A DNA stretch of 33,507 nt from Bacteroidota bacterium (GTDB lineage Bacteria > Bacteroidota > Bacteroidia > Chitinophagales > UBA8649): the NCBI GenBank assembly GCA_003447535.1, contig DLYY01000183.1, positions 10,926 through 44,432 of the forward strand, in the 5' to 3' direction. The notes beneath the pieces were generated by a model. It searched no databases. It had not been told where the DNA came from and worked only from the letters and a program-made list of their open reading frames with translations. Each line of letters starts with the position of its first letter. Positions within the stretch are counted from its first letter, which is position 1. Positions 8,792 through 18,597 of this stretch are shown here, piece by piece. The translations under genes and the position numbers were made by a program.

Positions 8792-10276
8792 ATGAAACCA
8801 AAACAAATTTTACTTGCCTTAACCCTACTCTTTTTTTCAGGGTTTACTCAAGTCTATGCAACCCCAAGTAATGACGCCGATCACACCGTGATTGAGGGCA
8901 ACAATCATGCACACGCTGTAGATGAAAACCATGGCGGGCATGACGATCACGCCCCACATCCGGCTGCTGTTTTACCCTTTGTCCTCTTACTAGGCATGAT
9001 TGCCACTGGACCTTTGTTTTACGAGCATTTCTGGCACAAGCGCTATCCCTTAGTCGCCACTCTCCTTGGTACTATCGTAGTATTCTATTACGTTTTTGCA
9101 TTAAAAAATACCCATGCCCCGATTCATGCCCTGTTTGAATATATGTCCTTTATCGCCCTGGTAGGAAGTCTTTTCGTTATATCTGGAGGAATCCTAATCG
9201 AAGCGGATCTTAAAAGTAAACCGATGATAAATGTGGGGCTGTTGGTGTTTGGAGCTGTTCTGGCTAATGTAATCGGTACTACGGGGGCATCCATGCTTTT
9301 AATAAGACCTTTTATTCGACTAAACAAGTCTCGAATAATGCCTTTTCACATCGTCTTTTTCATATTTATTGTAAGTAATGTTGGTGGCTCACTCACACCC
9401 ATTGGAGATCCGCCTCTATTCCTAGGGTTCCTCAAAGGGGTTCCTTTCTTTTGGACGCTACAACATGCTGCACCTTACTGGGCATTTGCAGTAATCATGC
9501 TATCGTCCATATTCTTTGTCTTGGACACAAGGTCCCTCCGAAAAGAACGTGTAAACACCGCAGAAACTCAAGTAGCTAATAGCATACGGATTAGTGGAAG
9601 CCACAATATCCTCTTTCTTGGGCTGATTTGTGGATTTGTTTTTCTCGACCCGAATGTCATTGATATGCCTTCGTGGGCCTATATCACCTACGACGGAGGG
9701 GAAATGAGTTATCTCCGAGAAGTCTTAATGATTCTTACACTTCTTATTGGCTACCGTTTATCTTCAAAAAGTGCATTGCAAGGAAATGAATTCACCTTTG
9801 AACCCATTCGAGAAGTTGCCTTCCTCTTTATTGGAATATTTGCAACGATGATGCCGGCCTTAGATTTAATTAGAGCATTTGCCCAATCCGATACTGGAGC
9901 GAAATTAATTACCACCGATACACTTTATTGGGGTACTGGTTTGTTCTCAGGCATTTTAGACAATGCCCCAACCTATCTTAACTTTTTATCTGCTGGAATG
10001 GGTAAGTATGGGCTAAATATTTCAGACAAGTCGGATGTCCTTCTCTTTTTATCTAGACCCGAACCTATGCTCTTGGCAATATCCATAGCTTCCGTATTCT
10101 TTGGAGCAATGTCCTATATAGGTAATGCTCCCAACTTTATGGTCAAATCAATTGCTGAACAGAACGGTGTGAAAATGCCATCCTTTATGGGATACATTAT
10201 TCGATATAGCCTAGTATACTTACTACCCGTGCTAATCCTAACCCACTTTCTTCTCAAACTGCTGACAGGATTTTAA
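8792..10276 (+). CDS. Ion-transporter-superfamily permease (putative Na+/H+ antiporter, DUF1646-like) with His-rich N-terminus
   Basis: Many TM helices with [40 protein letters not shown] and [14 protein letters not shown] 8792 gives a signal peptide and avoids overlap with the upstream gene. Confidence 0.85.
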   Translation: MKPKQILLALTLLFFSGFTQVYATPSNDADHTVIEGNNHAHAVDENHGGHDDHAPHPAAVLPFVLLLGMIATGPLFYEHFWHKRYPLVATLLGTIVVFYYVFALKNTHAPIHALFEYMSFIALVGSLFVISGGILIEADLKSKPMINVGLLVFGAVLANVIGTTGASMLLIRPFIRLNKSRIMPFHIVFFIFIVSNVGGSLTPIGDPPLFLGFLKGVPFFWTLQHAAPYWAFAVIMLSSIFFVLDTRSLRKERVNTAETQVANSIRISGSHNILFLGLICGFVFLDPNVIDMPSWAYITYDGGEMSYLREVLMILTLLIGYRLSSKSALQGNEFTFEPIREVAFLFIGIFATMMPALDLIRAFAQSDTGAKLITTDTLYWGTGLFSGILDNAPTYLNFLSAGMGKYGLNISDKSDVLLFLSRPEPMLLAISIASVFFGAMSYIGNAPNFMVKSIAEQNGVKMPSFMGYIIRYSLVYLLPVLILTHFLLKLLTGF

Positions 10277-12774
10277 CCTGAGCAACTCTCACAGTCTGGA
10301 TTGTCAATGCTACATGCATTAACAGCCCGAATAGCATCCTGATCAGACATTATTTCTGCTGGCTTTGCGTCCTCAGATACAACAGGTTGCTGCGAAGGTG
10401 AAGTAGCGCCCTGTGTTGGCATCACGCTAGGCTGTCTTGCCTGTACCGGCTTAGAATCAACCTGTTGTACAGCTGGAGATTCTTCCTTTGGTGCAGCTAC
10501 CTTCTTTAACGAATTGTCAAGTCCCATCTGAACGGCAGCACGCGCTGCTTGAGTTCTGAGATAATACGTTCCCGTCTTTAGACCTTTTTGCCAAGCATGG
10601 AAGTGCATAGCATTGAGTTTCTTAATGGTTGCATCTTGCATAAAGATATTCATGCTTTGGCTTTGACAGATATACGCTCCGCGATCCGCAGCCATGTCAA
10701 TAATGTCACGTTGAGAAAGCTCCCATGCCGTCAAGTACAATTGCTTAATATCAGCAGGAATTTCTTCAATATCTTGGATAGAGCCTCTTGCCTTGATTAA
10801 GCGCATTTTCATTTGCTCATTCCATAGACCCTGATCGATTAAGTCTCGAAGAAGGTGCTTGTTAACTACAATAAACTCTCCGCTCAAAACCTTTCGGGTA
10901 TAAATATTGGTTGTGTAAGGTTCAAAACACTCATTATTGCCCAAAATCTGTGAGGTGGACGCCGTAGGCATCGGTGCAAGAAGAAGACTGTTTCGCACAC
11001 CGTGCTCCATAACTTCTTTTCGAAGTCCTTCCCAATCATAGCGATCCGTAGGCTCAACACCCCATAGATCAAACTGGAACTTCCCTTCACTCATTGGAGA
11101 ACCTTTGAAGGTTTGGTAAGCGCCCTCGCGCATAGCCATATCCTTAGATGCTGTGACTGCCGCAAAATAAATCGTTTCGAAAATGTCGCGATTCAAAAGC
11201 TTTGCCTCATGAGATGTAAACGGTAGTCGAAGCATTAAAAATGCATCGGCTAGTCCTTGAACGCCAATACCTATAGGACGATGGCGCATATTAGAATTTC
11301 GGGCCTCTTCTACCGGATAGTAATTTCCATCAATTACACGGTTTAAGTTTAAGGCTACCTGATAGGATACATCATAAAGTTTCTGGAAATCGAATTCTCG
11401 ATTATCCGTAACGAATCGGTTCAAGGCAATCGAGGCCAAATTACAAACCGCAACTTCGTCAGGTGCTGTGTACTCTATAATTTCGGTACAGAGATTGGAC
11501 GATTTGATAGTTCCAAGATTCTGTTGATTACTCTTAGCATTTGCAGCATCCTTATATAGGATATATGGGTTTCCTGTTTCTATTTGGCTCTTTAGAATTT
11601 CCAACCAAATTTGACGGGCTTTCACTACTTTTCGAGCCTTTCCTTCTGACTCATAGCGTTCATATAGATCCTTAAATTCCTGACTGTGCACATCAGCTAG
11701 CCCTGGCGCTTCGTTGGGGCAAAACAGTGACCAGTCCGTGTCTTCCTTAACGCGCTCCATAAACAAGTCAGGAATCCACATGGCATAGAAAAGATCACGG
11801 GCTCGATTTTCTTCATGACCATGATTTTTCTTGAGTTCAAGGAAGTCGTGAATGTCAGCATGCCATGGCTCCAAGTAGACAGCGAACGCACCTTTGCGTT
11901 TTCCGCCACCCTGATCCACATATCGCGCCGTATTGTTGAATACACGAAGCATTGGAATGATACCATTCGATGTTCCGTTCGTGCCTTTTATGTAGCTACC
12001 ATTCGCTCGGACATTATGTATGCTTAGACCAATTCCACCGGCAGATTTCGAAATTTCAGCGCACTGCTTTAGGGTGTCGAAAATACCTGTAATACTGTCA
12101 TCCTTCATGGTTAAAAGAAAACATGAAGACATTTGAGGTTTCGGTGTCCCCGCGTTAAACAAGGTAGGTGTTGCATGAGTAAACCAACGCTCTGACATGA
12201 GCTTGTATGTAATGAGTGCAGACTCAATATCCTCCATGTGAATCCCAAGAGAAACCCTCATCAACATGTGTTGAGGCCGCTCTGCCACCTCCCCATCAAG
12301 GCGAAGTAGATAGGCGCGCTCTAATGTTTTGAATCCGAAAAAATCGTAATGATAATCTTTGGAATGGATGATGGCAGCATCCAATTCCTCTTGATTTTTC
12401 TGCACCACCTCGTACAATTCTTTGCTGACAAGTGACGCTGGCTTTTGTGTCACGGGGTCTACATATTTATAAAGGTCGGTTGTGACCTCCGAGAAATTTT
12501 TCTTTGTACGCTTATGTAGATTTGAAACCGCGATTCGAGCAGCAAGTATAGCATAATCAGGGTGCTCCGTTGTCATGGTTGCGCATTCCTCAGCAGCCAA
12601 TTCATCAAGCTCAGCAGTAGTGACTCCCTCGTATAAACCATTAATAACCTTCTGGGCAATTTTAAAGGGTTGCACATATTTTGGATCTAAACCATAGGAG
12701 AGCTTATTAATACGTGAGGTGATTTTATCGAACATCACCTGTTCCTTTCTGCCATTTCGCTTAATTACATACAT
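10273..12774 (-). CDS. nrdA: Class Ia ribonucleoside-diphosphate reductase alpha subunit with ATP cone
   Basis: VIKRNG ATP cone, [37 protein letters not shown] and C-terminal CESCSG. Confidence 0.97.
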   Translation of the reverse strand: MYVIKRNGRKEQVMFDKITSRINKLSYGLDPKYVQPFKIAQKVINGLYEGVTTAELDELAAEECATMTTEHPDYAILAARIAVSNLHKRTKKNFSEVTTDLYKYVDPVTQKPASLVSKELYEVVQKNQEELDAAIIHSKDYHYDFFGFKTLERAYLLRLDGEVAERPQHMLMRVSLGIHMEDIESALITYKLMSERWFTHATPTLFNAGTPKPQMSSCFLLTMKDDSITGIFDTLKQCAEISKSAGGIGLSIHNVRANGSYIKGTNGTSNGIIPMLRVFNNTARYVDQGGGKRKGAFAVYLEPWHADIHDFLELKKNHGHEENRARDLFYAMWIPDLFMERVKEDTDWSLFCPNEAPGLADVHSQEFKDLYERYESEGKARKVVKARQIWLEILKSQIETGNPYILYKDAANAKSNQQNLGTIKSSNLCTEIIEYTAPDEVAVCNLASIALNRFVTDNREFDFQKLYDVSYQVALNLNRVIDGNYYPVEEARNSNMRHRPIGIGVQGLADAFLMLRLPFTSHEAKLLNRDIFETIYFAAVTASKDMAMREGAYQTFKGSPMSEGKFQFDLWGVEPTDRYDWEGLRKEVMEHGVRNSLLLAPMPTASTSQILGNNECFEPYTTNIYTRKVLSGEFIVVNKHLLRDLIDQGLWNEQMKMRLIKARGSIQDIEEIPADIKQLYLTAWELSQRDIIDMAADRGAYICQSQSMNIFMQDATIKKLNAMHFHAWQKGLKTGTYYLRTQAARAAVQMGLDNSLKKVAAPKEESPAVQQVDSKPVQARQPSVMPTQGATSPSQQPVVSEDAKPAEIMSDQDAIRAVNACSIDNPDCESCSG

Positions 12775-12822
12775 AGTCTTGTTCTAAGTTTTTAGGTGGT
12801 TTACTTCGCTTGGCTTATTGAT

Positions 12823-13875
12823 TTAGAATTCGATATTTCCCATGTCAAATTCATCTATTTCCTTTGTTTCATCTTGAGATTGCCCCATTTTACCTCTGTT
12901 TTTCACTCCAGCTATCTGATATTCCGAAACTCGACTTTCAAAGAAATTCGTTTTTCGCTCCATACTAATCATGTCCATCCACTGGAATGGATTCGACGTA
13001 TGATAGTGAGCAGGGTAACCCAAGGCAGTAATCCAGTGATCGGCTACATACTCGATGTATTCAATCATGCTGTTTGCATTCATACCGATTAAGGATACAG
13101 GAAGCGCTTCACTCACAAATTCCTTTTCCGCCTCTACAGCATCACAGATAATCGCTTTGATGTCCTCGTAGGACAACTTGTGCTTGAGCATTTTATAGAG
13201 ATGAACAGCAAACTCACAGTGCATTCCTTCATCACGACTAATTAACTCATTTGATTGACTTAGCCCTTTCATCAAGCCGCGCTTCTTCAGCCAAAAGATG
13301 GAGCAAAAACTTCCCGAAAAGAAAATTCCTTCCACCGCGCAAAAGGCTACTAGCCGGTGGGCAAAAGAAGGAGCCGTATCAATCCAGCGCAAAGCCCATT
13401 CTGCTTTCTTTTTTACACAGGGAACTGTTTCTAGTGCATTGAAAAGGTTGGTCTTCTCCTCATTGTCTTTAATGAATGTATCAATCAACAATGAATATGT
13501 TTCGGCATGGATGTTTTCCATAGCTACCTGGAAACCATAAAAGCATCGTGCCTCTGGAATGGTAACATCTTGCATGAAATTGACAACTAAGTTTTCGTTG
13601 ACAATTCCATCACTTGCTGCAAAAAAGGCTAAAACATGCTTTATAAAATGCCGTTCGTTGTCATTGAGCTTTTCCTCCCAATCAATCATATCATCTGCCA
13701 AGTCAATCTCCTCAGCCACCCAAAAGCTGGCTTCGGCGCACTTATACATATGCCACATCTCTTCGTACTGAATTGGAAATAATACAAAGCGATCCTGTGT
13801 GTCTTGCAGAATGGGTTCCTGAGCGTCAAAGTTCGTTGCCTGAGACATTGTGTTTTCAATCGTGCTGTGCTCCAT
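12823..13875 (-). CDS. nrdB: Ribonucleotide reductase beta subunit (di-iron/Tyr radical)
   Basis: [53 protein letters not shown]. Confidence 0.97.
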   Translation of the reverse strand: MEHSTIENTMSQATNFDAQEPILQDTQDRFVLFPIQYEEMWHMYKCAEASFWVAEEIDLADDMIDWEEKLNDNERHFIKHVLAFFAASDGIVNENLVVNFMQDVTIPEARCFYGFQVAMENIHAETYSLLIDTFIKDNEEKTNLFNALETVPCVKKKAEWALRWIDTAPSFAHRLVAFCAVEGIFFSGSFCSIFWLKKRGLMKGLSQSNELISRDEGMHCEFAVHLYKMLKHKLSYEDIKAIICDAVEAEKEFVSEALPVSLIGMNANSMIEYIEYVADHWITALGYPAHYHTSNPFQWMDMISMERKTNFFESRVSEYQIAGVKNRGKMGQSQDETKEIDEFDMGNIEF

Positions 13876-13901
13876 GGTTGTTTTTCTTATTTGTCTTTAT
13901 T

Positions 13902-13988
13902 CTAATTATGACTTTCTCGTGTTTTTGTTTTGGCTGTTTGTCTTTTTTTCCTCATTTCCTTACTCTCTCTTCTTCTCTCTGCCAACAT
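13902..13988 (-). CDS. Possible 28-aa basic upstream ORF in the nrdB leader (MLAERRRESKEMRKKRQTAKTKTRESHN)
   Basis: ATG 13988 to TAG 13902, translated manually. It may be a by-product of the T-poor sense strand. Confidence 0.2.
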   Translation of the reverse strand: MLAERRRESKEMRKKRQTAKTKTRESHN

Positions 13989-13996
13989 GTTTTATT

Positions 13997-14086
13997 TGTT
14001 GTAATTAGACTTTTACAACATCTTCCAATGCAAAATACCTCACAATAGGGACAAAAAATCCCTGTCAAAACGTTGAAACATTTTGA
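13997..14086. promoter_or_regulatory. Cluster of inverted repeats upstream of nrdBA (candidate operators)
   Basis: TGTTGTAA-N8-TTACAACA (13997-14020), AGGGA-N7-TCCCT (14047-14063) and TCAAAACGTT-ga-AACATTTTGA (14065-14086, one mismatch). Confidence 0.35.
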
Positions 14087-14360
14087 AAAGGATACTTATC
14101 TTCATGTTAGGTGCAAGGGATAGAAAATGGTTCTGTAATCCACCCTTAAAATTGCAAGAAGCCAAATCCCAACATCTCCGTTGCTTCTGACTCTAATCTA
14201 ATAGCATATTCCTCGCTTTGCAAGTTCTGTTTTCAACACCATAAAAGTGAATAAACGTATCTGCCTATTTATTAGGAAGTTAGAGTGTTGATTACATTTA
14301 TTTTACATCTAGAAAACGCAGTCGAAACACAGGTTGGTGCGCTGTTAATGACAATGCTGA

Positions 14361-15347
14361 TTAATGCTCTTGATAGCGGGACTCTACTTGGCTTAATGTG
14401 TCATGTAATTCATTGATACTCATAGATGTAACGAGAATCTTTCGGAATTCTTTTACACCAGGAAGCCCCCTAAAGTATGGTCCATAATGACGGCGTGTTT
14501 CAAGAATTCCGAGCTTTTCACCCTTCCATGAAATCGCTGTATCTAAATGCTTTCTCGCCGTCTTTACGCGCTCTGAAATCGATGGGCTTGGCGCATGAAT
14601 TCCTTCTTCCATAAAGGTCTTACATGCCTTGAAAATCCAAGGATTGCCAATTGCTGCCCGACCAATCATTATTCCATCCACTCCGTACTTGCTTTTGTAC
14701 TCAATTAACTTTGCAGGATCGTCAATATCGCCATTCCCGAAAACGGGAATATAAAGCCTCGGATTGTCCTTGGTATTGGCAATTAGGCGCCAGTCAGCAT
14801 CCCCTCGATACATTTGCTTGCGCGTCCTGCCATGAATGCTTATTGCGTGGATCCCTACATCTTGTAATCGCTCAGCAACCTCTACAATAAATTTTGTGCT
14901 TTCATCCCAACCAAGTCGCGTCTTAACCGTAACCGGCAGGCTAGTGTTGTCAACAATCAACTTGGTTAATCGCACCATGCGAGGAATATCTTGTAAAATT
15001 CCCGCTCCAGCCATTTTACAGACAACCTTTTTTACCGGACAACCATAATTAATGTCTATGACATCTGGATTTGCCTCTTCAACCATTTTTAAAGAAGTTA
15101 ACATTGCTTGTTCATCGGAACCAAAAATTTGAATTCCAATCGGCCGTTCTTCTGGGTAGATATCTAACTTTTGAATGCTCTTGGCGGCCCCGTGGGCAAG
15201 GCCATCGGTTGATATGAATTCGGTGTACAACATATCAGCCCCTTGATCTTTACACAGCGCCCTAAAGGGTGGGTCACTCACATCTTCCATTGGCGCCAGC
15301 AGCAGAGGGAAGTCACCCAAATCCAAGTTGCCTATTTTCACACCCAT
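14361..15347 (-). CDS. dusB: tRNA-dihydrouridine synthase B
   Basis: LAPMEDVSD, YTEF, QIFGS, DINYGCP, VTVKTRLGWD, HGRTR, GNGDI, MIGRAAIGNPW. Confidence 0.95.
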   Translation of the reverse strand: MGVKIGNLDLGDFPLLLAPMEDVSDPPFRALCKDQGADMLYTEFISTDGLAHGAAKSIQKLDIYPEERPIGIQIFGSDEQAMLTSLKMVEEANPDVIDINYGCPVKKVVCKMAGAGILQDIPRMVRLTKLIVDNTSLPVTVKTRLGWDESTKFIVEVAERLQDVGIHAISIHGRTRKQMYRGDADWRLIANTKDNPRLYIPVFGNGDIDDPAKLIEYKSKYGVDGIMIGRAAIGNPWIFKACKTFMEEGIHAPSPSISERVKTARKHLDTAISWKGEKLGILETRRHYGPYFRGLPGVKEFRKILVTSMSINELHDTLSQVESRYQEH

Positions 15348-15351
15348 AACA

Positions 15352-15359
15352 CAAAATTA
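15352..15359 (-). promoter_or_regulatory. -7 promoter element TAATTTTG for dusB
   Basis: Exact TAnnTTTG match, only 4 nt before the ATG. Confidence 0.55.
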
Positions 15360-15384
15360 CACTACTTATTTAGCTCGTGGCCAT

Positions 15385-15392
15385 TACCTTCG
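15385..15392 (+). promoter_or_regulatory. Candidate -7 element TACCTTCG for CPBP-cdsA-psd
   Basis: One mismatch to consensus. The same 8-mer occurs before rpmH. Confidence 0.45.
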
Positions 15393-15415
15393 CTAAAAAG
15401 GGTCAATAATTCCTT

Positions 15416-16288
15416 ATGATGAATACACCATCACTAACATCAAAAGCAAAAAGGGAAGTCTTCTTAATCAGCGGCTATTTACTCTTTCTTGCAGGACTTT
15501 CTCTTTACCTGATGTTACTCCCGCCAAATTCGCAAGAACGAACCTTTACGCTAGAAACCTTATTCCTTAATGTTGTTGGCACAGTGGTAATTTTCTCCCC
15601 GATTCTTTATATATGGTGGAGGTCTTCAACAGAAGCCCCCCTGAATCCAATGGTTAAGCAAGGCATTAAGCCAAAGGCAGTGGGTGGCATTGTGGCGCTT
15701 GCTCTTGTGCTCCCTTTTGCGCTATTGCCATTAGAGTTTTTGGTAGACAACGTAATTACTTTATTGCCAGAGAAAATTAACAAGGCCGCTCAATCCATCA
15801 ACGAGCAATCAAATGCCATTGTTATTGTTCAACAAATGGAACATTCCCCACTTGTAATAGTTAGCCTATACATTGCCTTAGCCGCCATGCCGGCCATCAT
15901 TGAAGAATTTGTATTTCGGGGAATCTTGCAACATCGCATGCATGTTAGTGGCCTAAAGCCGATATGGGCAATTGGGCTTAGTAGCTTAATCTTTTGTATC
16001 ATGCATCTACAACTTGTCAACCTATTACCCATGATGATTTTATCCTCCATTCTGGGATGGTTATACTATCATGGACAATCTCTGCACTATTCCGTGCTTT
16101 TTCATGCCTTGAACAATGCCTTCTCCATCACTATATTAATTGGTCTTGGCGGAGACCCGAGCACGGACGAATCAAGTCCATGGTTTTGGGTTGTTAGCAT
16201 GGGGGCTATATTTACAGCTTTAATGCTACTTAAATCTTTGCATAAAACACTACACTCAGAGGATATTACTCAACCAAAAAATGCGTAA
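15416..16288 (+). CDS. CPBP (CAAX/Abi) intramembrane metalloprotease family protein
   Basis: EEFVFRG, FCIMH and HALNN motifs in a multi-TM protein. Confidence 0.92.
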   Translation: MMNTPSLTSKAKREVFLISGYLLFLAGLSLYLMLLPPNSQERTFTLETLFLNVVGTVVIFSPILYIWWRSSTEAPLNPMVKQGIKPKAVGGIVALALVLPFALLPLEFLVDNVITLLPEKINKAAQSINEQSNAIVIVQQMEHSPLVIVSLYIALAAMPAIIEEFVFRGILQHRMHVSGLKPIWAIGLSSLIFCIMHLQLVNLLPMMILSSILGWLYYHGQSLHYSVLFHALNNAFSITILIGLGGDPSTDESSPWFWVVSMGAIFTALMLLKSLHKTLHSEDITQPKNA

Positions 16289-16294
16289 TAAGTC

Positions 16295-17137
16295 ATGAAT
16301 AACTTATTGAAACGCGGCATCACAGGAAGCATACTAGTGGCTAGTATTATAGTCATGCTTTTTCTTGGTTTTCGGGTCTTCACCCTGTTCACCATGTTGC
16401 TAGGCCTAGGCCTTAGCGCTGAACTAATCGAGCTAACCCAAGTGGAAACCCCACAAAAAAAAATACACAAAACGTTCACCAAACTCGGCTTTGTTTTTCT
16501 TTCTTCTAGCTGTATTGGTGTTGTTGGCTTGTATATCGTAGGCGCGCCTATTGATTGGCCATTGTTATTGCTCTTGGCTGTTTTTCTTTCTTTTTTCTGT
16601 ATGCACGTGATCTTTTATAAAGGAAACTCTCTTGCATATCTGGCAAGCCATTTTCTCGCCCTAGCATATATCACGCTTCCACTTTGCCTTAGCCTAGTGC
16701 TTAGTCGTCATGAGGGCGGGCTGTTTCGGCCACAAAACATATTGGGTATTTTCCTTCTTCTATGGGTTTTTGATTCTTCGGCATATGGATTTGGATCGGT
16801 GTTTGGGAAACGTACACTAAGCCCCAATATATCTCCAAAGAAGACCATCGAAGGGTTTGGGCTCGCTCTAGTTGTCACTTTGGCCATTGGATATATGATA
16901 CCATTAATCTTTGTCAAGGCCTCGTGGTCCGCCATAGATTGGACGGTTATTGCGGCCATAGCTGGTATTTTTGGGACCCTTGGAGACCTCTTTGCATCAA
17001 GTATAAAGCGAGGTGCCGGTGCTAAGGATTCTGGAAAATTACTCCCTGGGCATGGCGGATTGTTAGACCGATTTGATAGTTATCTAATGACCGTTCCTTG
17101 GGTATATTTGTACACACAAACCATAGCCCTTTTATAA
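16295..17137 (+). CDS. cdsA: Phosphatidate cytidylyltransferase
   Basis: DSSAYGFG..FGK, ISPKKTIEG, GDLFASSIKR, KDSGKLLPGHGGLLDRFDS. Confidence 0.95.
   Translation: MNNLLKRGITGSILVASIIVMLFLGFRVFTLFTMLLGLGLSAELIELTQVETPQKKIHKTFTKLGFVFLSSSCIGVVGLYIVGAPIDWPLLLLLAVFLSFFCMHVIFYKGNSLAYLASHFLALAYITLPLCLSLVLSRHEGGLFRPQNILGIFLLLWVFDSSAYGFGSVFGKRTLSPNISPKKTIEGFGLALVVTLAIGYMIPLIFVKASWSAIDWTVIAAIAGIFGTLGDLFASSIKRGAGAKDSGKLLPGHGGLLDRFDSYLMTVPWVYLYTQTIALL
17103..17110 (+). promoter_or_regulatory. Possible internal -7 element TATATTTG upstream of psd
   Basis: Exact consensus match inside the cdsA 3' end, 28 nt before the psd ATG. Confidence 0.35.
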
Positions 17138-17138
17138 C

Positions 17139-17801
17139 ATGACCACCATCCGAATGCATCGAGAGGTTAGACCCTATCTCATTGGACATAGCATCTGTGT
17201 ACTTTTCGCCTCAGGACTTTTTTTTTGGTATACAACGCCATGGTTCTATCCCCTTGCATGGTTTTCAGTACAAGTTTCATTGCTACTTTTTACCCTATAC
17301 TTTTTTAGATATAGAGATGCCGCAATTCCTATGGAGTTTTCTTCACAATCATTGCTTTCTCCTGCGGACGGCCATGTTGTGGCCCTTGAGCCTTCACTAT
17401 ATGAAGACTTAGATGCATTGAGGCTTTCAATCTACCTTCATGGAACCGACACCCATCTTATTCGGATTCCTTGTTCCGGGAGGGTGATTAACTTAACCTA
17501 CCACCCAGGCAAACACCTCGTTGCTTTTAACCCAAAATCATCCTTGCTTAATGAACGACTCGAAGTTGGCATAGAGCATGCGAATGGAAAAACAGTGACC
17601 TTAACCCTTGTCGCTGGTCTTCTGGCCCGCCGCATCAAGCCATATATAAAGGTTGGTCAGGAAGTTCGTGCCGGAGAAGAATTGGGCTATATTTTATTTG
17701 GATCAAGAGTAGACATGGACATCGCCAACTCCTTTCAACCTGCCGTGGAGTTAAACCAAAAAGTATTCTCGAGCGAGTCTATTCTTGGGGATTGGAGTTA
17801 G
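17139..17801 (+). CDS. psd: Phosphatidylserine decarboxylase proenzyme (short type)
   Basis: YFFR, LSPADG, YHPGK..AFNPKSS..NER, VAGLLARRI and the autocleavage motif FGSRVD. Confidence 0.92.
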   Translation: MTTIRMHREVRPYLIGHSICVLFASGLFFWYTTPWFYPLAWFSVQVSLLLFTLYFFRYRDAAIPMEFSSQSLLSPADGHVVALEPSLYEDLDALRLSIYLHGTDTHLIRIPCSGRVINLTYHPGKHLVAFNPKSSLLNERLEVGIEHANGKTVTLTLVAGLLARRIKPYIKVGQEVRAGEELGYILFGSRVDMDIANSFQPAVELNQKVFSSESILGDWS

Positions 17802-18199
17802 TCAACAAGCTGACAGAGTTCTAACAGGACCCCTTCCGTTGATTTTGGATGAAAAAAGAAAATTCGTCGATTGTCTGCCCCTAGGGTTACGGATTGCGAA
17901 ACAGGAACAAACCCCTCTTTTACCAATCGATCAATCTCCATCTGAATATCATGCACCGCCAATGCCATATGATGTAATCCACTCCTATGTTTCTTAAAAT
18001 ATCCATGCAATACGGAATCTACACCTAGCGGGGCTATCAATTCAATTTTGTTTGGTCCGCACTTAAAAAAAGATGTTATAACGCCTTGGTCTTTAACAAC
18101 CTCTCTTTTATAGGGTCCCTTACCAAACAGCTTGGTATAGGTTTCCTCTGCCGCATCAATATCCTGAACCGCAATTCCTATATGTTCGATTTTTCGCAC
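17798..18199 (-). CDS. mce: Methylmalonyl-CoA epimerase (VOC family)
   Basis: IEHIGIAV, KIELIAP, GLHHMAL, FFHPKSTEGVLLELCQ. GTG start. Confidence 0.92.
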   Translation of the reverse strand: MRKIEHIGIAVQDIDAAEETYTKLFGKGPYKREVVKDQGVITSFFKCGPNKIELIAPLGVDSVLHGYFKKHRSGLHHMALAVHDIQMEIDRLVKEGFVPVSQSVTLGADNRRIFFFHPKSTEGVLLELCQLVD

Positions 18200-18228
18200 G
18201 ATTGTTAATTTTACACAAAATACGTTTC

Positions 18229-18573
18229 ATGCTCTTTATCTCCGACAAGGCAGCACACCAAGTGCAAGAAATCCTACTGCAAAACAAACGCAATGGCCAA
18301 GTGAAAGAGGGGGAAGAGCAGGCTGTAAGGGTTCGTGTGCTTGGTGGAGGATGTTCTGGACTAACCTATAATCTGGAGTTTGACCACAACATTGAGGAAG
18401 CCGATCAAGTGTTTTTCGATAAAGGCGTAAAAATGGTGACCGACTTAAAAAGTTTTTTATTCATTGCCAATACAACACTTGATTATAGCGATGGCCTCAA
18501 TGGCAAAGGATTTCATTTTATCAACCCGAATGCTGAACGAACTTGTTCCTGCGGGGAGAGCTTTTCTGTTTAA
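18229..18573 (+). CDS. iscA: A-type Fe-S cluster carrier (HesB/IscA/ErpA family)
   Basis: GGGCSGL and NPNAERTCSCGESF. ATG 18229 is preferred over TTG 18202. Confidence 0.93.
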   Translation: MLFISDKAAHQVQEILLQNKRNGQVKEGEEQAVRVRVLGGGCSGLTYNLEFDHNIEEADQVFFDKGVKMVTDLKSFLFIANTTLDYSDGLNGKGFHFINPNAERTCSCGESFSV

Positions 18574-18597
18574 AAGAAAGCGACTAGATTGAAACGC

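Noticed and set aside
12823-13875. Non-canonical (metal-free or Mn/Fe) RNR beta subunit
   Set aside because: The Asp/Glu/His ligands and the radical Tyr (HAETY) all appear canonical.
14090-14360. Possible cobalamin riboswitch upstream of nrdBA
   Set aside because: Only a partial GAGTCAGAAG word is present on the minus strand. The conserved AGGGAA..GGTG..AA.TCC and GCCACTG cores were not found. An Rfam scan would settle it.
13876-14360. NrdR boxes
   Set aside because: No match to acaCwAtATaTwGtgt was seen.
16975-17015. GDLFAS instead of GDLxES in CdsA as a sign of inactivation
   Set aside because: The Ala variant is, from recall, common in functional CDP-DAG synthases, and the other motifs are intact.
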